From Actinomycetes bacterium (GTDB lineage Bacteria; Actinomycetota; Acidimicrobiia; Acidimicrobiales; SZUA-35): DNA of 64,000 bases. Shown here piece after piece: positions 36,099 through 47,254 of this stretch. The stretch spans positions 1,401 through 65,400 of the forward strand of contig JAJRXF010000054.1 of NCBI GenBank assembly GCA_024276425.1, read 5' to 3'. Under the pieces are notes generated by a model. That model did no database searches. It was not told the DNA's origin and saw only the letters and a program-made list of their open reading frames with translations. How positions within the stretch are numbered: the first letter of the stretch is position 1; the number at the start of each line of letters is the position of its first letter. A program made the position numbers and the translations under genes.

Positions 36099-36374
36099 CT
36101 AGGCGACGTTGCCGTCGGAGTCTTCATCCTCACCTCGAACGGGCACAATTTTTTCGGCTGCAATCTCCTCGAAGGCAATACTGAGAGGTTTGCGCGCCAC
36201 CGATGTGACCTGTGGCGGGATCTTGTTGCCAAGCCCATCGCCGAGTTGCCCAAAGTACGAATTGATTTCGCGCGCCCGCGTTGATGCAAACGTACAGAGT
36301 GAGAATTTCGATCCCGCCTTGTCGACCAGCCCTTCGATTCGTGGGGATGTCATCGTGTTATACAACTCAGCCAT
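36099..36374 (-). CDS. rpoZ: DNA-directed RNA polymerase subunit omega
   Basis: 91-aa ORF (SKFSLCTFASTRAREIN). Sits in gmk-rpoZ order. Confidence 0.9.
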   Translation of the reverse strand: MAELYNTMTSPRIEGLVDKAGSKFSLCTFASTRAREINSYFGQLGDGLGNKIPPQVTSVARKPLSIAFEEIAAEKIVPVRGEDEDSDGNVA

Positions 36375-36400
36375 AGGGGCAAACCTCCGAGGTGGACATG

Positions 36401-36955
36401 CTAGCGGCGACCAAGCGCAGAACGGATGACCTCATACATCTCGGCCACAGTCTCGTCGATATCAACGTTCACAATCCGATGAGCCCCAAGCTCAACACCG
36501 GCATCGGCTTCTTCATGCGCCTTAGCCAAGCGTTTCGCCACCTGCTCTTCGGAGTCACCGCGATGACGCAGTCTGGCCTCTTGTTCCTCCGCCGATGGTG
36601 CTTCCAGGAAAATAAGCAAACAATCCGGCTCTTTCGCCATCACCTGACGTGCTCCCTGAACGTCGATCTCTAGAATCTGAACCGCTCCCTCTGGAGCATC
36701 GGGCGTAGGCGTTCCGTAGTAGTTACCGAGGAACTCCGCAAACTCAAGGAAGCCATCTTCAGAAATGCGCTGCTCAAACTCCTCACGACTGACAAAGACG
36801 TACGCTTGGTCGTCCTCGCCTGGGCGTTGTTGGCGAGTAGTCCAAGATCGGCTCAACCAAAGCTCATCCGGATGCTGGGCTAAGAGCTCGGCCACGACGG
36901 TGCCCTTTCCTACCCCGCCAGGTCCTGACACCACCACAACAAGAGCGTCGCCCAC
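36401..36955 (-). CDS. gmk: Guanylate kinase
   Basis: 184-aa ORF (SGPGGVGKGT, SWTTRQQRPGE, YGT). Confidence 0.95.
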   Translation of the reverse strand: MGDALVVVVSGPGGVGKGTVVAELLAQHPDELWLSRSWTTRQQRPGEDDQAYVFVSREEFEQRISEDGFLEFAEFLGNYYGTPTPDAPEGAVQILEIDVQGARQVMAKEPDCLLIFLEAPSAEEQEARLRHRGDSEEQVAKRLAKAHEEADAGVELGAHRIVNVDIDETVAEMYEVIRSALGRR

Positions 36956-36966
36956 AGCTTCGAGAC

Positions 36967-37281
36967 CTAGGAGAACTCGGCGAGCAGGGCCTGGCGTTGC
37001 TGCACCCCAAGCCCGCCCAAGCGACGAGAATCGGCAATGCCAATGGATTCCATGGTTCGCCTGGCTTTCACCTTGCCTACACCGGGCAACGATTCGATAA
37101 CCGACAAAACCTTCGTCTTGGCAATGACCTCATCAGCATCAGCCAATTCGAGTAGTTCGGAAAAGGTCACCGATCCCATCTTGAGACGCATCTTCAGTTC
37201 GGAACGGATCTTGCGCACCTCGGCGGCCCTTTGTAGAGCCGCTTGACGCTGTTCGTCAGTAAGTTTAGGGGGTTGGGGCAT
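36967..37281 (-). CDS. mihF: Actinobacterial integration host factor
   Basis: 104-aa ORF (KVLSVIESLPGVGKVKARRTMESIGI). Conserved position between pyrF and gmk. Confidence 0.85.
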   Translation of the reverse strand: MPQPPKLTDEQRQAALQRAAEVRKIRSELKMRLKMGSVTFSELLELADADEVIAKTKVLSVIESLPGVGKVKARRTMESIGIADSRRLGGLGVQQRQALLAEFS

Positions 37282-37312
37282 CTCTTTATTCTATCTCCAG
37301 ACCAGCCAGGTC

Positions 37313-38014
37313 TTACGTCCTGATCTGCGAGAACAGTTCCTCTGCCGCCTGGGCAGGATTTTCCGCCAGGGTCAAGGCCCGACCAATGACGAGTAGATCG
37401 GCTCCCGCATCAAGGGCCTCCTTGGGAGTCACCGCCTTCGGCTGATCGTGACGCTCTGCTCCCTCGGCTCGGATTCCCGGCACAACTCGCATGGTCCTGG
37501 GGGCGAGCTCTCCGATATCACGAAGATCTGATGCGGCACAAACGATTCCCCCACATCCAGACTCAACCGCCACCCGCAGGCGCGCGGGCACAATATGTTC
37601 AGGTGCGTCCGCATCGCTGGTCAACACGGTGATGGCCAGTGCCACCGGCTCAGGCAATTCAGCCTGACGGGCCCCACTGAGAAGGCCGTCAACTCCGGCT
37701 CGGAGCATGGCGGAGCCCCCGTGCGCGTGCATGCTGAGATAGCTGACCCCAAGGGCGCCAGCTACGTTGGCTGAGCGGCCAACCGTGGTCGGGATGTCAT
37801 GGAGCTTCACATCGAGGAAGACGTCGAAGCCCATGTCGATCATCGACCCAATAGCGTCAGGTCCGGCCGCCGTGTACAACTCAAGCCCGATCTTGGCCAC
37901 ACCAAACCAGGGAGCCAACTGGCGAGCAAGTCGATTCGCTTGCACCAGATCATCCACATCCAACGCGAGCGCCATCTTCGACTTAAGTTCCGGGCTAAGA
38001 CCGTCGGTCGCCAT
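37313..38014 (-). CDS. pyrF: Orotidine 5'-phosphate decarboxylase
   Basis: 233-aa ORF (LALDVDD, FLDVKLHDIPTT, PGIR). Confidence 0.9.
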   Translation of the reverse strand: MATDGLSPELKSKMALALDVDDLVQANRLARQLAPWFGVAKIGLELYTAAGPDAIGSMIDMGFDVFLDVKLHDIPTTVGRSANVAGALGVSYLSMHAHGGSAMLRAGVDGLLSGARQAELPEPVALAITVLTSDADAPEHIVPARLRVAVESGCGGIVCAASDLRDIGELAPRTMRVVPGIRAEGAERHDQPKAVTPKEALDAGADLLVIGRALTLAENPAQAAEELFSQIRT

Positions 38015-38080
38015 AGAGTTACCTTCTATCTACTGTGATCGTTTGAAGATCAACTACGTGAAGCCGAGGAAACTCCCCGG

Positions 38081-39016
38081 TCATAGAATCGCCTGTCCGA
38101 CCAGGTCGGAGAAATTCGAATTCCCCTGTTTAGCGCACCAGTCGTGCAGATTGGTGGTTAGTCGCCCACAGATTCGGGGGTCAGCAAAGTTCGCGGTACC
38201 AACCTGAACAGCACTCGCACCCACCAAAGCAAACTCGACAACATCTTCGACCGATGCCACGCCACCAACAGCCACGATGGGTAGCTCAGGAATTGCAGCA
38301 TGAACATCAGCGACCGCACGCACAGCCATTGGGTGGATGGCTGGCCCAGAAACACCCCCGGCTCTCCCCACTTCACCCGTCGCCACTCCTAGTCGGGACT
38401 TTCTAGTGACCGGGTCAATGCTCAACCCAAAGAACGTGTTTATCAAGGTGACCGCGTTCGCCCCCCCTTCAGCGGCTGCGTCGGCAATTCGAACCAATTC
38501 GGGGCCAACATTGGGGCTGAGTTTGGCCCATCTGGGTCGACCGCAGACCTGGGTGACCTCAAGAATCCGGCGAGTGTCACTGGCCGAGTGAGCGAACAGT
38601 TGGTTCCCCTTTTCAGAGTTGGGGCAAGAGATATTTACCTCAACGGCGACGATGTCGGCCGGCGCATCGGCCAAAATCTCCGCTGCCCGACCGTAGTCTT
38701 GGACCGTCCGCCCCCAAATCGACACCACCGTCTTTGCTCGAGCAAGCCGAAGCTCGTGGTATTCCTTTTGTAGCCAGACTTCGAGACCGTCGCCCTGCAG
38801 CCCAACCGAATTGATCATTCCCGATGGTGTTTGATGAACACGAACCGCCGGATTGCCCTTGCAAGCGAACCAAGCTAGCGACTTGACCACCACCGCACCC
38901 AGACGAGAGAGGTCGACATAGGCGGCGAGTTCGGCCCCATGGCCAGCGGTTCCCGAGGCGGTAAGAATTGGAGAACGAAGCTGAAGCTCCCCAACGGTAG
39001 TCGAAAGGTCAGCCAT
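38081..39016 (-). CDS. pyrD: Dihydroorotate dehydrogenase (class 1-like)
   Basis: ORF 38081..39055, likely starting at ATG 39016 ([11 protein letters not shown]). Motifs [19 protein letters not shown]. Confidence 0.9.
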   Translation of the reverse strand: MADLSTTVGELQLRSPILTASGTAGHGAELAAYVDLSRLGAVVVKSLAWFACKGNPAVRVHQTPSGMINSVGLQGDGLEVWLQKEYHELRLARAKTVVSIWGRTVQDYGRAAEILADAPADIVAVEVNISCPNSEKGNQLFAHSASDTRRILEVTQVCGRPRWAKLSPNVGPELVRIADAAAEGGANAVTLINTFFGLSIDPVTRKSRLGVATGEVGRAGGVSGPAIHPMAVRAVADVHAAIPELPIVAVGGVASVEDVVEFALVGASAVQVGTANFADPRICGRLTTNLHDWCAKQGNSNFSDLVGQAIL

Positions 39017-42000
39017 TGAACTCTGCGGCACCACCCGGGGGTACTGGCTCTCCAACCAAGATCGATTGCAGTGATCGGACCTGGAGGTTGTGTTCGCGCC
39101 ATTCCGTGAGCCCGCGAGCCATGGCCCAGCCGGCTGAGACAGTGGTAATAAGGGGTACCCCAGATTGGGCCGCCGCCATCCGAATGTATGCCCCGTCAGC
39201 GCGAGCCCCCTGGCCTCGGGGCGTATTGATAACCATGACCAACTTGCCCTGAGCGATCAACTCAAGGGCTGTGGGCGCCAGCTCACCGGATTCGACCGGA
39301 GCGCCGCCAATGCCCTCGCTTGCGTCGATGAACTCGAGACCATCGACGATCTTTGACACCACCAATTCGACCGCGATTCCGGCATGACTCAAAGCTTCCG
39401 CGGTACCTTTGGTTGCCGCCAGCGTGTAGCCGAGATCGGCGATGAGTTCACCAATGAGAACTCCGGCCTCCTTGTCACGGTCGGCCAGTGAGAAGAAGAC
39501 CAAACCCTCCGTTTGCACGTTCGCTCCAGCGGCTAGCTGGCTCTTTACAAACGCCAATCCCGGCCGAACATCAATGCCCATGACCTCCCCGGTTGACCGC
39601 ATCTCTGGTCCCAGCAAGGCATCGGTTTGGGGGAACCGATTGAACGGAAGAACGGCCTCTTTGACTGACCAGTGCCCGGTCACCGCCGTCATCGGCAGGG
39701 CACCTTCGGTTCGGAGCTCAGCCAGAGTCGCTCCGGCCATGACCCGGGCAGCGATCTTCGCCAAGGGCCGTCCGGTCGCCTTGGCCACAAATGGCACAGT
39801 TCGCGAGGCCCTGGGATTGGCTTCGATTACGAATACTTGCCCATCTTTGACCGCGTATTGAACGTTGATGAGACCAACAACTTCCAGAGCCGCCGCAATA
39901 TTGCGCGTGTACTTTTCCAGAACGGCTACGGTTTGATCACTCAAGTTCGGTGGAGGAATCACGCAGGCGGAGTCACCGGAGTGGACACCGGCCTCCTCGA
40001 CATGCTCCATAACGCCACCAACAAGGAAATCACCACTCGTGTCGCGTATTGCATCAACGTCGACTTCGGTAGCATCCTCCAAGAAGCGATCCACCAGAAC
40101 CGGGCGTTCGGCTGACAAGCCTCCTTCCTTGCCCAGCGAACCAATCGAACTCAGTGCGCTCATGGCCCGGGCAAGGTCGTCCCGGTCATAGACAATCTCC
40201 ATGGCTCGACCGCCAAGGACGTAGCTGGGACGAACAAGGGCCGGGAATCCGATCTTGTCCACAACCCGATTGGCCCCCGCGAGATCAAGGGCTGTTCCTC
40301 CGGCGGGTTGAGGGATTTCTAGTTGGGCACATAAGGAAGACCACGCCTCCCTATCCTCGGCGGCATCGATGGAGGCAGGGCTGGTGCCAAGGATGAGTTC
40401 GCTGGGCAAACGGTTCGCTAGCTTCAAAGGTGTTTGACCGCCGAGGGAGACGATGATTCCCATCGGCCTTTCAGCCTCGATGATGTTCATCACATCCTCA
40501 TAACTCAGAGGCTCGAAGTAGAGGCGGTCCGAGGTGTCATAGTCGGTTGACACCGTCTCCGGGTTGCAGTTGACCATGATTGTTTCGAAGCCGGCATCGC
40601 GTAAGGCGAAACTGGCATGCACACAGCAGTAGTCAAATTCGATGCCCTGACCAATTCGATTTGGGCCCGACCCCAGAATCATGATCTTGGGTTTGTCGCT
40701 TGGTACCACCTCGCACTCATCTTCATAGGTTGAGTAGTGGTAGGGCGTTGAAGCAGCGAACTCTGCTGCACACGTATCGACCGTTTTGAAGGTGGTGATG
40801 ACCCCTTTCGTTTTGCGCGCCGCCCGGGCCTGAGTTTCGTCCGTTCGGAAAATCTCGGCCAACTGTGCGTCGCCAAAGCCCAGTTGCTTGGCTCGCTTCC
40901 ACTCGGTCGGGGAAAGATCATCGAGTGAGCAGCCGCCGTCGGCGAACTCGGCCAGCGATGCCCGTTCCTCCACAATCATTAGCATTTGGTCGAGGTACCA
41001 ACGGTCAATCAGCGACGCCTGGCGAATCACTTCCGGGTCGATTCCTCGGCGCATCGCCGCCTCGACGTGCAGAAGACGATCCGGGGTGGCAATACCGCAG
41101 GCTGCGAGCAAAGCATCATCGTCGAGATCGTCGAAGCGCGATCCGGCATCGAACCCAAGGGACCCTTGTTCAAGCGAGCGGAAAGCCTTCTGGAGACTCT
41201 CAGGAAAAGTCCGACCGATTGCCATAACCTCGCCAACGGATTGCATTGACGTGCCGAGCTGACCTGAAGTGCCTGGAAACTTCTCGAAAGCCCACCGAGG
41301 GATTTTGGTGACGACATAGTCAATGGCGGGTTCAAAGCTAGCGGGGGTCGATCTTGTGATGTCGTTCGGAATCTCATCCAGGGTGTAACCAATGGCGAGT
41401 TTGGCAGCGATCTTGGCGATCGGGAAGCCAGTCGCCTTGGAGGCAAGAGCGGAGGATCGGCTCACCCTCGGGTTCATCTCTATGATGACCCGCCGGCCGG
41501 TATCTGGCTCAACCGCAAACTGGACGTTGGATCCGCCGGTCTCGACTCCCACTCGTCGTAGGCACGCAAACGCGGCATCGCGCATCTGTTGATACTCGAC
41601 GTCGGACAAGGTTTGAATCGGTGCAACAGTAATCGAATCGCCCGTATGAGTGCCCATCGGGTCGACGTTCTCGATCGAACAAATAATCACCTGATTGTCC
41701 CGATGGTCGCGCATCACCTCCAGTTCGTACTCCTTCCAACCGGCAATAGACTCCTCGATCAGAATCTCTGAGATCGGGCTAATAGAGAGCCCGGTGGCAG
41801 CCGCTTCGGCGAACTCTTCAAGCGTTTTGGCAATGCCCATTCCGCGACCACCCAATATGAAGGCTGGTCGAACGATCACGGGAAGACCAACTTCGGCAAT
41901 CACCTGGTTGGCCTCGTCCAACGTCTTGGCCACCCCACTACGAGGAACTTCCATGCCAATTTCAAGCATGGCGACTTTGAACTCCTGGCGATCCTCAGCG

Positions 42001-42374
42001 GTTGTGATTGCGCTGGCGGTGGCCCCAATCATCTCGACGTTGTAGCGGTCCAGCACGCCCGCCTCAACCAGTTCCATGGCGAGATTGAGAGCGGTTTGTC
42101 CTCCGAGCGTCGGCAACAACGCATCCGGACGCTCCTTGGCGATGATTTTGGACAACACCTCGACATTCAAGGGCTCAATGTAGGTAGCGTCAGCAAAATC
42201 GGGGTCGGTCATGATGGTGGCCGGATTCGAGTTAGCGAGAATGACCCGATAGCCCTCTTCGGCCAAGACCCGACAGGCCTGGGTTCCCGAGTAGTCGAAT
42301 TCACATGCCTGGCCAATGATGATCGGTCCTGAGCCAATGACCAAGATGCTTGAAATGTCTGTGCGCTTAGGCAT
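39009..42374 (-). CDS. carB: Carbamoyl-phosphate synthase large subunit
   Basis: 1121-aa ORF with duplicated ATP-grasp halves and a C-terminal MGS-like domain. Confidence 0.98.
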   Translation of the reverse strand: MPKRTDISSILVIGSGPIIIGQACEFDYSGTQACRVLAEEGYRVILANSNPATIMTDPDFADATYIEPLNVEVLSKIIAKERPDALLPTLGGQTALNLAMELVEAGVLDRYNVEMIGATASAITTAEDRQEFKVAMLEIGMEVPRSGVAKTLDEANQVIAEVGLPVIVRPAFILGGRGMGIAKTLEEFAEAAATGLSISPISEILIEESIAGWKEYELEVMRDHRDNQVIICSIENVDPMGTHTGDSITVAPIQTLSDVEYQQMRDAAFACLRRVGVETGGSNVQFAVEPDTGRRVIIEMNPRVSRSSALASKATGFPIAKIAAKLAIGYTLDEIPNDITRSTPASFEPAIDYVVTKIPRWAFEKFPGTSGQLGTSMQSVGEVMAIGRTFPESLQKAFRSLEQGSLGFDAGSRFDDLDDDALLAACGIATPDRLLHVEAAMRRGIDPEVIRQASLIDRWYLDQMLMIVEERASLAEFADGGCSLDDLSPTEWKRAKQLGFGDAQLAEIFRTDETQARAARKTKGVITTFKTVDTCAAEFAASTPYHYSTYEDECEVVPSDKPKIMILGSGPNRIGQGIEFDYCCVHASFALRDAGFETIMVNCNPETVSTDYDTSDRLYFEPLSYEDVMNIIEAERPMGIIVSLGGQTPLKLANRLPSELILGTSPASIDAAEDREAWSSLCAQLEIPQPAGGTALDLAGANRVVDKIGFPALVRPSYVLGGRAMEIVYDRDDLARAMSALSSIGSLGKEGGLSAERPVLVDRFLEDATEVDVDAIRDTSGDFLVGGVMEHVEEAGVHSGDSACVIPPPNLSDQTVAVLEKYTRNIAAALEVVGLINVQYAVKDGQVFVIEANPRASRTVPFVAKATGRPLAKIAARVMAGATLAELRTEGALPMTAVTGHWSVKEAVLPFNRFPQTDALLGPEMRSTGEVMGIDVRPGLAFVKSQLAAGANVQTEGLVFFSLADRDKEAGVLIGELIADLGYTLAATKGTAEALSHAGIAVELVVSKIVDGLEFIDASEGIGGAPVESGELAPTALELIAQGKLVMVINTPRGQGARADGAYIRMAAAQSGVPLITTVSAGWAMARGLTEWREHNLQVRSLQSILVGEPVPPGGAAEFNG

Positions 42375-43512
42375 CAGTTGGCTTTCCTGCGACAGCCTGG
42401 GCTGCCCCTTTGTCCATCAGGTTTTCAAACCGAGCAAATAGATAGGCCGAGTCATGAGGACCTGGGCTAGCTTCGGGGTGGTGCTGCACGCTAAAGGCCA
42501 ACTCGGAGCGCACGGCGATCCCTTCGCACACCCCGTCGTTGAGGTTGACATGGGTAATGTCGGCAACGTCGGCCACAGATTCGCCCATGACCGCGAAATT
42601 GTGATTCTGGCTCGTGATCTCAACCTTGCCCGTCGTCTGATCCATGACAGGGTGATTGGCGCCATGGTGACCAAAGGGCATCTTCTCAATCACACCATCG
42701 AGCGCCAAACACAACAGTTGGTGCCCAAGACAGATGCCAAAGATCGGCACTTCCCCGACCAGCCCACGAATTGCCTCGATCCCATAGGAAACAACCTCGG
42801 GATCTCCCGGACCATTGGACAAAAATACCCCGTCGGGGCTTCGGGCCAAAACGTCGCTGGCCGGCGTTGCCGCTGGCACAACTTCCACGGTGGCAAACTC
42901 ACCCAGCTTGGCCAAGATGTTGGACTTGATTCCGAAGTCGTAGGCAACAACCCGCCGACCCATTCCCTCGGTCAATCCCACCGTATAGGGCTTGGAAGTC
43001 GTCACCTGATCGACCAGGTCAACCCCATCGGTGCCTGGCTCAGACTCAGCCGCTGACCGCAGTTCACCCAGAGAGACTGCGCCTTCGCCTTCGATTGGTC
43101 CGAAGGCCCCGGGGATTGCACCCAGCGAACGAATCGTGCGAGTCAACCTTCTGGTATCAATGCCAGCAATCCCGGCCAGTCCGTGCCGGAGAAGGAACCC
43201 GCTCAAATCTTCATCGGCACGCCAATTGGAATGTCGCCGAGCCAGGCTTCGCAAAATGATGCCTCGGGCGAAGGTGCCGCCACTCTCATCATCATCTGGG
43301 TTGGTGCCATAGTTCCCGATGTGAGGGTAGGTGAAAGTAATGATCTGTCCGGCATAAGACGGATCAGTCATGATTTCTTGGTAGCCCGACATTGCGGTGT
43401 TGAACACAACCTCACCAGCGGAGATGCCATGGAGGGGTCGGGCACCAACAATCTCACCTTCAAAAGTGGTTCCGTCGGCCAGGACCAAGGCGCCAGGCAC
43501 CAAATCGCTCAT
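42367..43512 (-). CDS. carA: Carbamoyl-phosphate synthase small subunit (glutaminase)
   Basis: 381-aa ORF with GATase triad region GICLGHQLL. Overlaps carB. Confidence 0.97.
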   Translation of the reverse strand: MSDLVPGALVLADGTTFEGEIVGARPLHGISAGEVVFNTAMSGYQEIMTDPSYAGQIITFTYPHIGNYGTNPDDDESGGTFARGIILRSLARRHSNWRADEDLSGFLLRHGLAGIAGIDTRRLTRTIRSLGAIPGAFGPIEGEGAVSLGELRSAAESEPGTDGVDLVDQVTTSKPYTVGLTEGMGRRVVAYDFGIKSNILAKLGEFATVEVVPAATPASDVLARSPDGVFLSNGPGDPEVVSYGIEAIRGLVGEVPIFGICLGHQLLCLALDGVIEKMPFGHHGANHPVMDQTTGKVEITSQNHNFAVMGESVADVADITHVNLNDGVCEGIAVRSELAFSVQHHPEASPGPHDSAYLFARFENLMDKGAAQAVAGKPTDA

Positions 43513-44828
43513 CGAGTTATCTCCGAATTCCGGACCACGAAATCACCTTTCCAGACTGTGTGACATATGTTGCCGGTCATTGTTCGACCGTGAAAAGGCG
43601 TGTTCGTCGACCGGCTTACCGGCGAGGACTGGCCGATGACTCTGGTTGCTTTGGGATTGACTACGGCCAGGTTGGCTGGCATCCCTTGTTCGAGCGAACA
43701 TCCGTGCTGGCCGTGAAGCCCCGCGATCCTTGCTGGTGTCCAACTCAAGACTCTGGCCACCACCTCGGGTTCTAGCCCAAGTTCACCCACAAGCACCGAC
43801 AGAACAATGTCTAACGATACTGCTCCACTCGGAGCCTGGTCGAAGGGCCGTTCCTTTTGGTCCGATGTGACTGGGCGGTGCCCAGAGGCCACTGCATCAA
43901 TAGTCCCGTCAAGAAGTGCAAATCGAGCCGCCTCTACATCGGCCTCGGACCTCAGGGGAGGACGAAACTTGAACCGGGAGTCATAGCTGGCACACTCCCC
44001 GTCCTGAAATATCAAGTGATGCGGTGAAACATCGATGCTTACCTGAATCCCCTCCTCCTTCGCGTTTCGAACGAGTTCGAAACTGACTGCGGTCGAAAGA
44101 TGCTGAAGATGAACGCGAGTATCGCAGAGTCTGGCTAGGCGAAGGGTTTGAGCTACCATGATCTCCTCGGCGGCGGCCGGGATGCCGGCCAGTCCAAGCC
44201 TGGAGGACCACGCACCCTCATGCATTTGGCCACCTTTGCTCAGGGTGCGGAGATCGCAGGGTTGGGCCACCAAACACGGCTGCCCGGTGGAACTCCGGAG
44301 ATCATCGACATAGTCAAGGGCTCGGCGAAGAAATCCCGCATCTTGCACTCCGTGCCCACCATCGGTAAATACCTGGACCCCAAACTCGGCCATTTCGGCC
44401 GCAGGCGCAAGGGCGTCTTCGGCTCCACCGACACTTAGCATTCCCATGGGCACGATCTCACACAGGGCCGAGCGGGCCAACGCTTGGAGGCCAAGCACCG
44501 CACCGGCGGAGTCAACACAGGGATCTGTCGTTGGCATCGCTAGCAAAGCGGTATAGCCACCAATCGCTCCCGCTCTACTGCCACTCAGAATCGTCTCCGC
44601 CCCCTCGTCTCCTGGCTCCCCGAGGTGGCAGTGCAGATCGACAAACCCGGAGGAGACCCAGCATCCGTCGATATCCATTGCCCGACCTTGAGCAATATCA
44701 TCTTGAGAGACGTCGATGTGATCCGCGACTTCGACAATGAGACCACTGACCGAATCGAAGGCCAGATCCTTTCGGACTAGACCCGAAGCAGTAACCAGGT
44801 CGCCGCCACGCAAAACGATCCGAGTCAT
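43509..44828 (-). CDS. pyrC: Dihydroorotase
   Basis: 439-aa ORF, amidohydrolase (DLHCHL metal motif). Lies between pyrB and carA. Confidence 0.93.
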   Translation of the reverse strand: MTRIVLRGGDLVTASGLVRKDLAFDSVSGLIVEVADHIDVSQDDIAQGRAMDIDGCWVSSGFVDLHCHLGEPGDEGAETILSGSRAGAIGGYTALLAMPTTDPCVDSAGAVLGLQALARSALCEIVPMGMLSVGGAEDALAPAAEMAEFGVQVFTDGGHGVQDAGFLRRALDYVDDLRSSTGQPCLVAQPCDLRTLSKGGQMHEGAWSSRLGLAGIPAAAEEIMVAQTLRLARLCDTRVHLQHLSTAVSFELVRNAKEEGIQVSIDVSPHHLIFQDGECASYDSRFKFRPPLRSEADVEAARFALLDGTIDAVASGHRPVTSDQKERPFDQAPSGAVSLDIVLSVLVGELGLEPEVVARVLSWTPARIAGLHGQHGCSLEQGMPANLAVVNPKATRVIGQSSPVSRSTNTPFHGRTMTGNICHTVWKGDFVVRNSEITR

Positions 44829-45763
44829 GTTGGCAACTCCTGCGAAACGTCGAAACTACCTGGTCCAATACTGGCGAATAGCACCGCCATTCGCACCGAC
44901 ACTCCGGCCGTTACCTGGTCAAGAACAGCCACTCGCTCGTCTTCAAGTACGGCAGCATCAATCTCGACCCCGCGGTTCATAGGTCCCGGATGCATGATGA
45001 TGCACGCTGGGCCCAGTCTCCCAGCACGCTCAGCGGTCAGACCATAGCCACGACGGTACTCACGAACGCTCGGGAGCAGCGATTGTCCCATGCGCTCGTG
45101 TTGTATTCGTAGCATGTACAAAACGTCTGCATTCTCGATGGCTTGATCAAGGCTCGGTTCCACCCTCACCGGCCAACCCTCCAGAGATACTGGAAGTAGA
45201 GTCCGCGGTGCCACGAGACTGACGCTGGCTCCCAACTTGTTGAAGGCCTGGACATCAGATCGTGCAACACGGGAATGCTTGATATCCCCACACAACACGA
45301 TGCTTTTGTTCTCAAGGGTTCCCAGCCGGTTTTGAATGGTGTACGCATCCAGTAGGGCCTGGGTCGGATGTTGGTGCCAGCCATCGCCAGCGTTGATCAC
45401 CGCGGCATCGGTCCACTGAGTGATCTGCTTGGGAACACCAGAACTACCATGCCTGATGACCAAACCATCGATTCCCATGGCGTTGATGGTCTCAATCGTG
45501 TCGCGCAGGGATTCGCCCTTCTTCAGAGAGGACGAACTGGCAGAGAAGTTGACGAGATCGGCGGATAAGCGGCGAGCGGCAAGATCGAAACTGGTACGGG
45601 TCCTGGTTGAGTCCTCAAAAAAGGCTAAGACAACGGTTTTGCCTCGCAACGCTGGCACCTTGGGAACCGGCCGTTGCTGGACCGTCTCGAAGGACTTGGC
45701 CAACCGTAAGAGATCTTGCATCTCCTCGCCGGACAGGTCCTCGATCGAAAGAAGATGTCTCAT
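44825..45763 (-). CDS. pyrB: Aspartate carbamoyltransferase catalytic subunit
   Basis: 312-aa ORF (FFEDSTRTR, HPTQ, HPGP). Confidence 0.96.
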   Translation of the reverse strand: MRHLLSIEDLSGEEMQDLLRLAKSFETVQQRPVPKVPALRGKTVVLAFFEDSTRTRTSFDLAARRLSADLVNFSASSSSLKKGESLRDTIETINAMGIDGLVIRHGSSGVPKQITQWTDAAVINAGDGWHQHPTQALLDAYTIQNRLGTLENKSIVLCGDIKHSRVARSDVQAFNKLGASVSLVAPRTLLPVSLEGWPVRVEPSLDQAIENADVLYMLRIQHERMGQSLLPSVREYRRGYGLTAERAGRLGPACIIMHPGPMNRGVEIDAAVLEDERVAVLDQVTAGVSVRMAVLFASIGPGSFDVSQELPT

Positions 45764-46326
45764 CGTGACATCTCGCCGAGTTCCACCCCATCCATGGTGG
45801 CGTTAACCATCTCGTCGCGACGGGTCGGGAGATTCTTCCCCACAAAGTCCGGTCGAATGGGAACTTCGCGATGCCCCCGATCGACCATGACCGCCAGTTG
45901 GATAGATCGTGGACGTCCTTGGGCCATCAGGGCGTCTAAGGCCGCTCGGATGGTACGACCAGTGAACAACACGTCATCAACCAGGACCACAACTTGGCGG
46001 TCGATGGGAAAGGGAATGTCGGTGGTGGCCTCGGGCAAGACCGGGCGCAGATTGATGTCGTCGCGATAGAACGCAACATCCAGCTTTCCCACCGGCACCT
46101 CCAGTTCTTCGATCTCCTGGAGGGCCAGGGCTATTGACTCAGCAAAAGCAATGCCGCCGGTCTGTAGACCAACGATAACCACATCGCGGAGCGACTCGTT
46201 TCGTTCGGTTATCTCATGGGCCATCCGTCGCACCGAGCGAGCTACCCCATCACGATCAAGAATCTGATTCCGGGCAGCAAAAACGCCCCCATACGGGGGC
46301 GTACGTCGACGTTCTCGTTCAGCCAA
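45760..46326 (-). CDS. pyrR: Bifunctional pyr operon regulator / uracil phosphoribosyltransferase
   Basis: 188-aa ORF with PRT motif VVLVDDVLFTGRT. TTG start 8 nt after GGAGG. First gene of the pyr operon. Confidence 0.93.
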   Translation of the reverse strand: MAERERRRTPPYGGVFAARNQILDRDGVARSVRRMAHEITERNESLRDVVIVGLQTGGIAFAESIALALQEIEELEVPVGKLDVAFYRDDINLRPVLPEATTDIPFPIDRQVVVLVDDVLFTGRTIRAALDALMAQGRPRSIQLAVMVDRGHREVPIRPDFVGKNLPTRRDEMVNATMDGVELGEMSR

Positions 46327-46433
46327 GAACTTACCTCCAATACCGTGCAGGTCTCACAGAACCCGCTTCACGGACGAACTACACCCAATGGTATCGCTTC
46401 AAGGGAGCTTTACCTCCGGCCGAGCGGACTCCC

Positions 46434-47213
46434 TCACCCGGCCCGCCCGCCCCGCTGGGCCATGTCCAAAGCGGTTTGGGCCCCAGCCAACATGGCCAAA
46501 AGATCGGTGGTTGCAGTCACCATGGTGAATCCCTGATCGAGCCTCTTGGCCACGATTGAGGGATTGGCATGAATTCCTGCCGGAATTCCGCTCCGCTGAC
46601 AGCAAGCAACGACGGAAGCTAGAACTGCTTGGAACTCTTCGTCTTTGTGATCTCCGGCAGGCGGCAATCCCATGGTGAGAGAAAGATCGGCCGGACCAAC
46701 GTAGATGGCGTCAACACCGGGAACAGCCAAGATGGCCTCAAGGTTCTCGACCGCTTCCATCGTCTCAATCATGGGGATGCAAAGCACCTCGGAATTAGCC
46801 TCGGACCCGTAGTCAGGGCCGAGCGCCGTTGCCGCTCGTGCCGGACCAAAACTTCGGATCCCGGCGGGTGCGTAACGGCACGCAGCCACAGCCGCTCTAG
46901 CCTGGCCTTCGGTGTTAACCATTGGCACGATTACCCCCATCGCCCCGGCGTCCAGAACCTTGCCGATGTCGCTGCTGTCATTCCAGCCAACACGGACAAG
47001 AGGAATGGCCGAGGACCCTTGGGTGGCCGTCAAGGAGGCGAGGGCGTCTTGGTAGTCAACAAGTCCGTGCTGCAAATCAACCACCATATAGTCGGCATCA
47101 AGAGCGCCAAGTCGCTCGGCTCCAACACTATTGGGGGTGCTGAGCCAGAACCCGACTGCTGATCCACCACTGGCCCACAGAGTTCTCAGAGTATTGGTCC
47201 GCACCACTGCCAA
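46434..47213 (-). CDS. HpcH/HpaI family aldolase
   Basis: 259-aa ORF (DYMVVDLQHG, PLVRV, GVIVPMV, IETMEAVENL). Confidence 0.8.
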   Translation of the reverse strand: MAVVRTNTLRTLWASGGSAVGFWLSTPNSVGAERLGALDADYMVVDLQHGLVDYQDALASLTATQGSSAIPLVRVGWNDSSDIGKVLDAGAMGVIVPMVNTEGQARAAVAACRYAPAGIRSFGPARAATALGPDYGSEANSEVLCIPMIETMEAVENLEAILAVPGVDAIYVGPADLSLTMGLPPAGDHKDEEFQAVLASVVACCQRSGIPAGIHANPSIVAKRLDQGFTMVTATTDLLAMLAGAQTALDMAQRGGRAG

Positions 47214-47254
47214 TATAGACGAGCCGGTCTGCCGAAAGGAAATTCCGGCAGATC

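Noticed and set aside
42454-43056. 200-aa plus-strand ORF antisense to carA. The 193-aa minus-strand ORF at 26247..26828, antisense to the aminotransferase, is a similar case
   Set aside because: Shadow ORFs inside confidently assigned genes.
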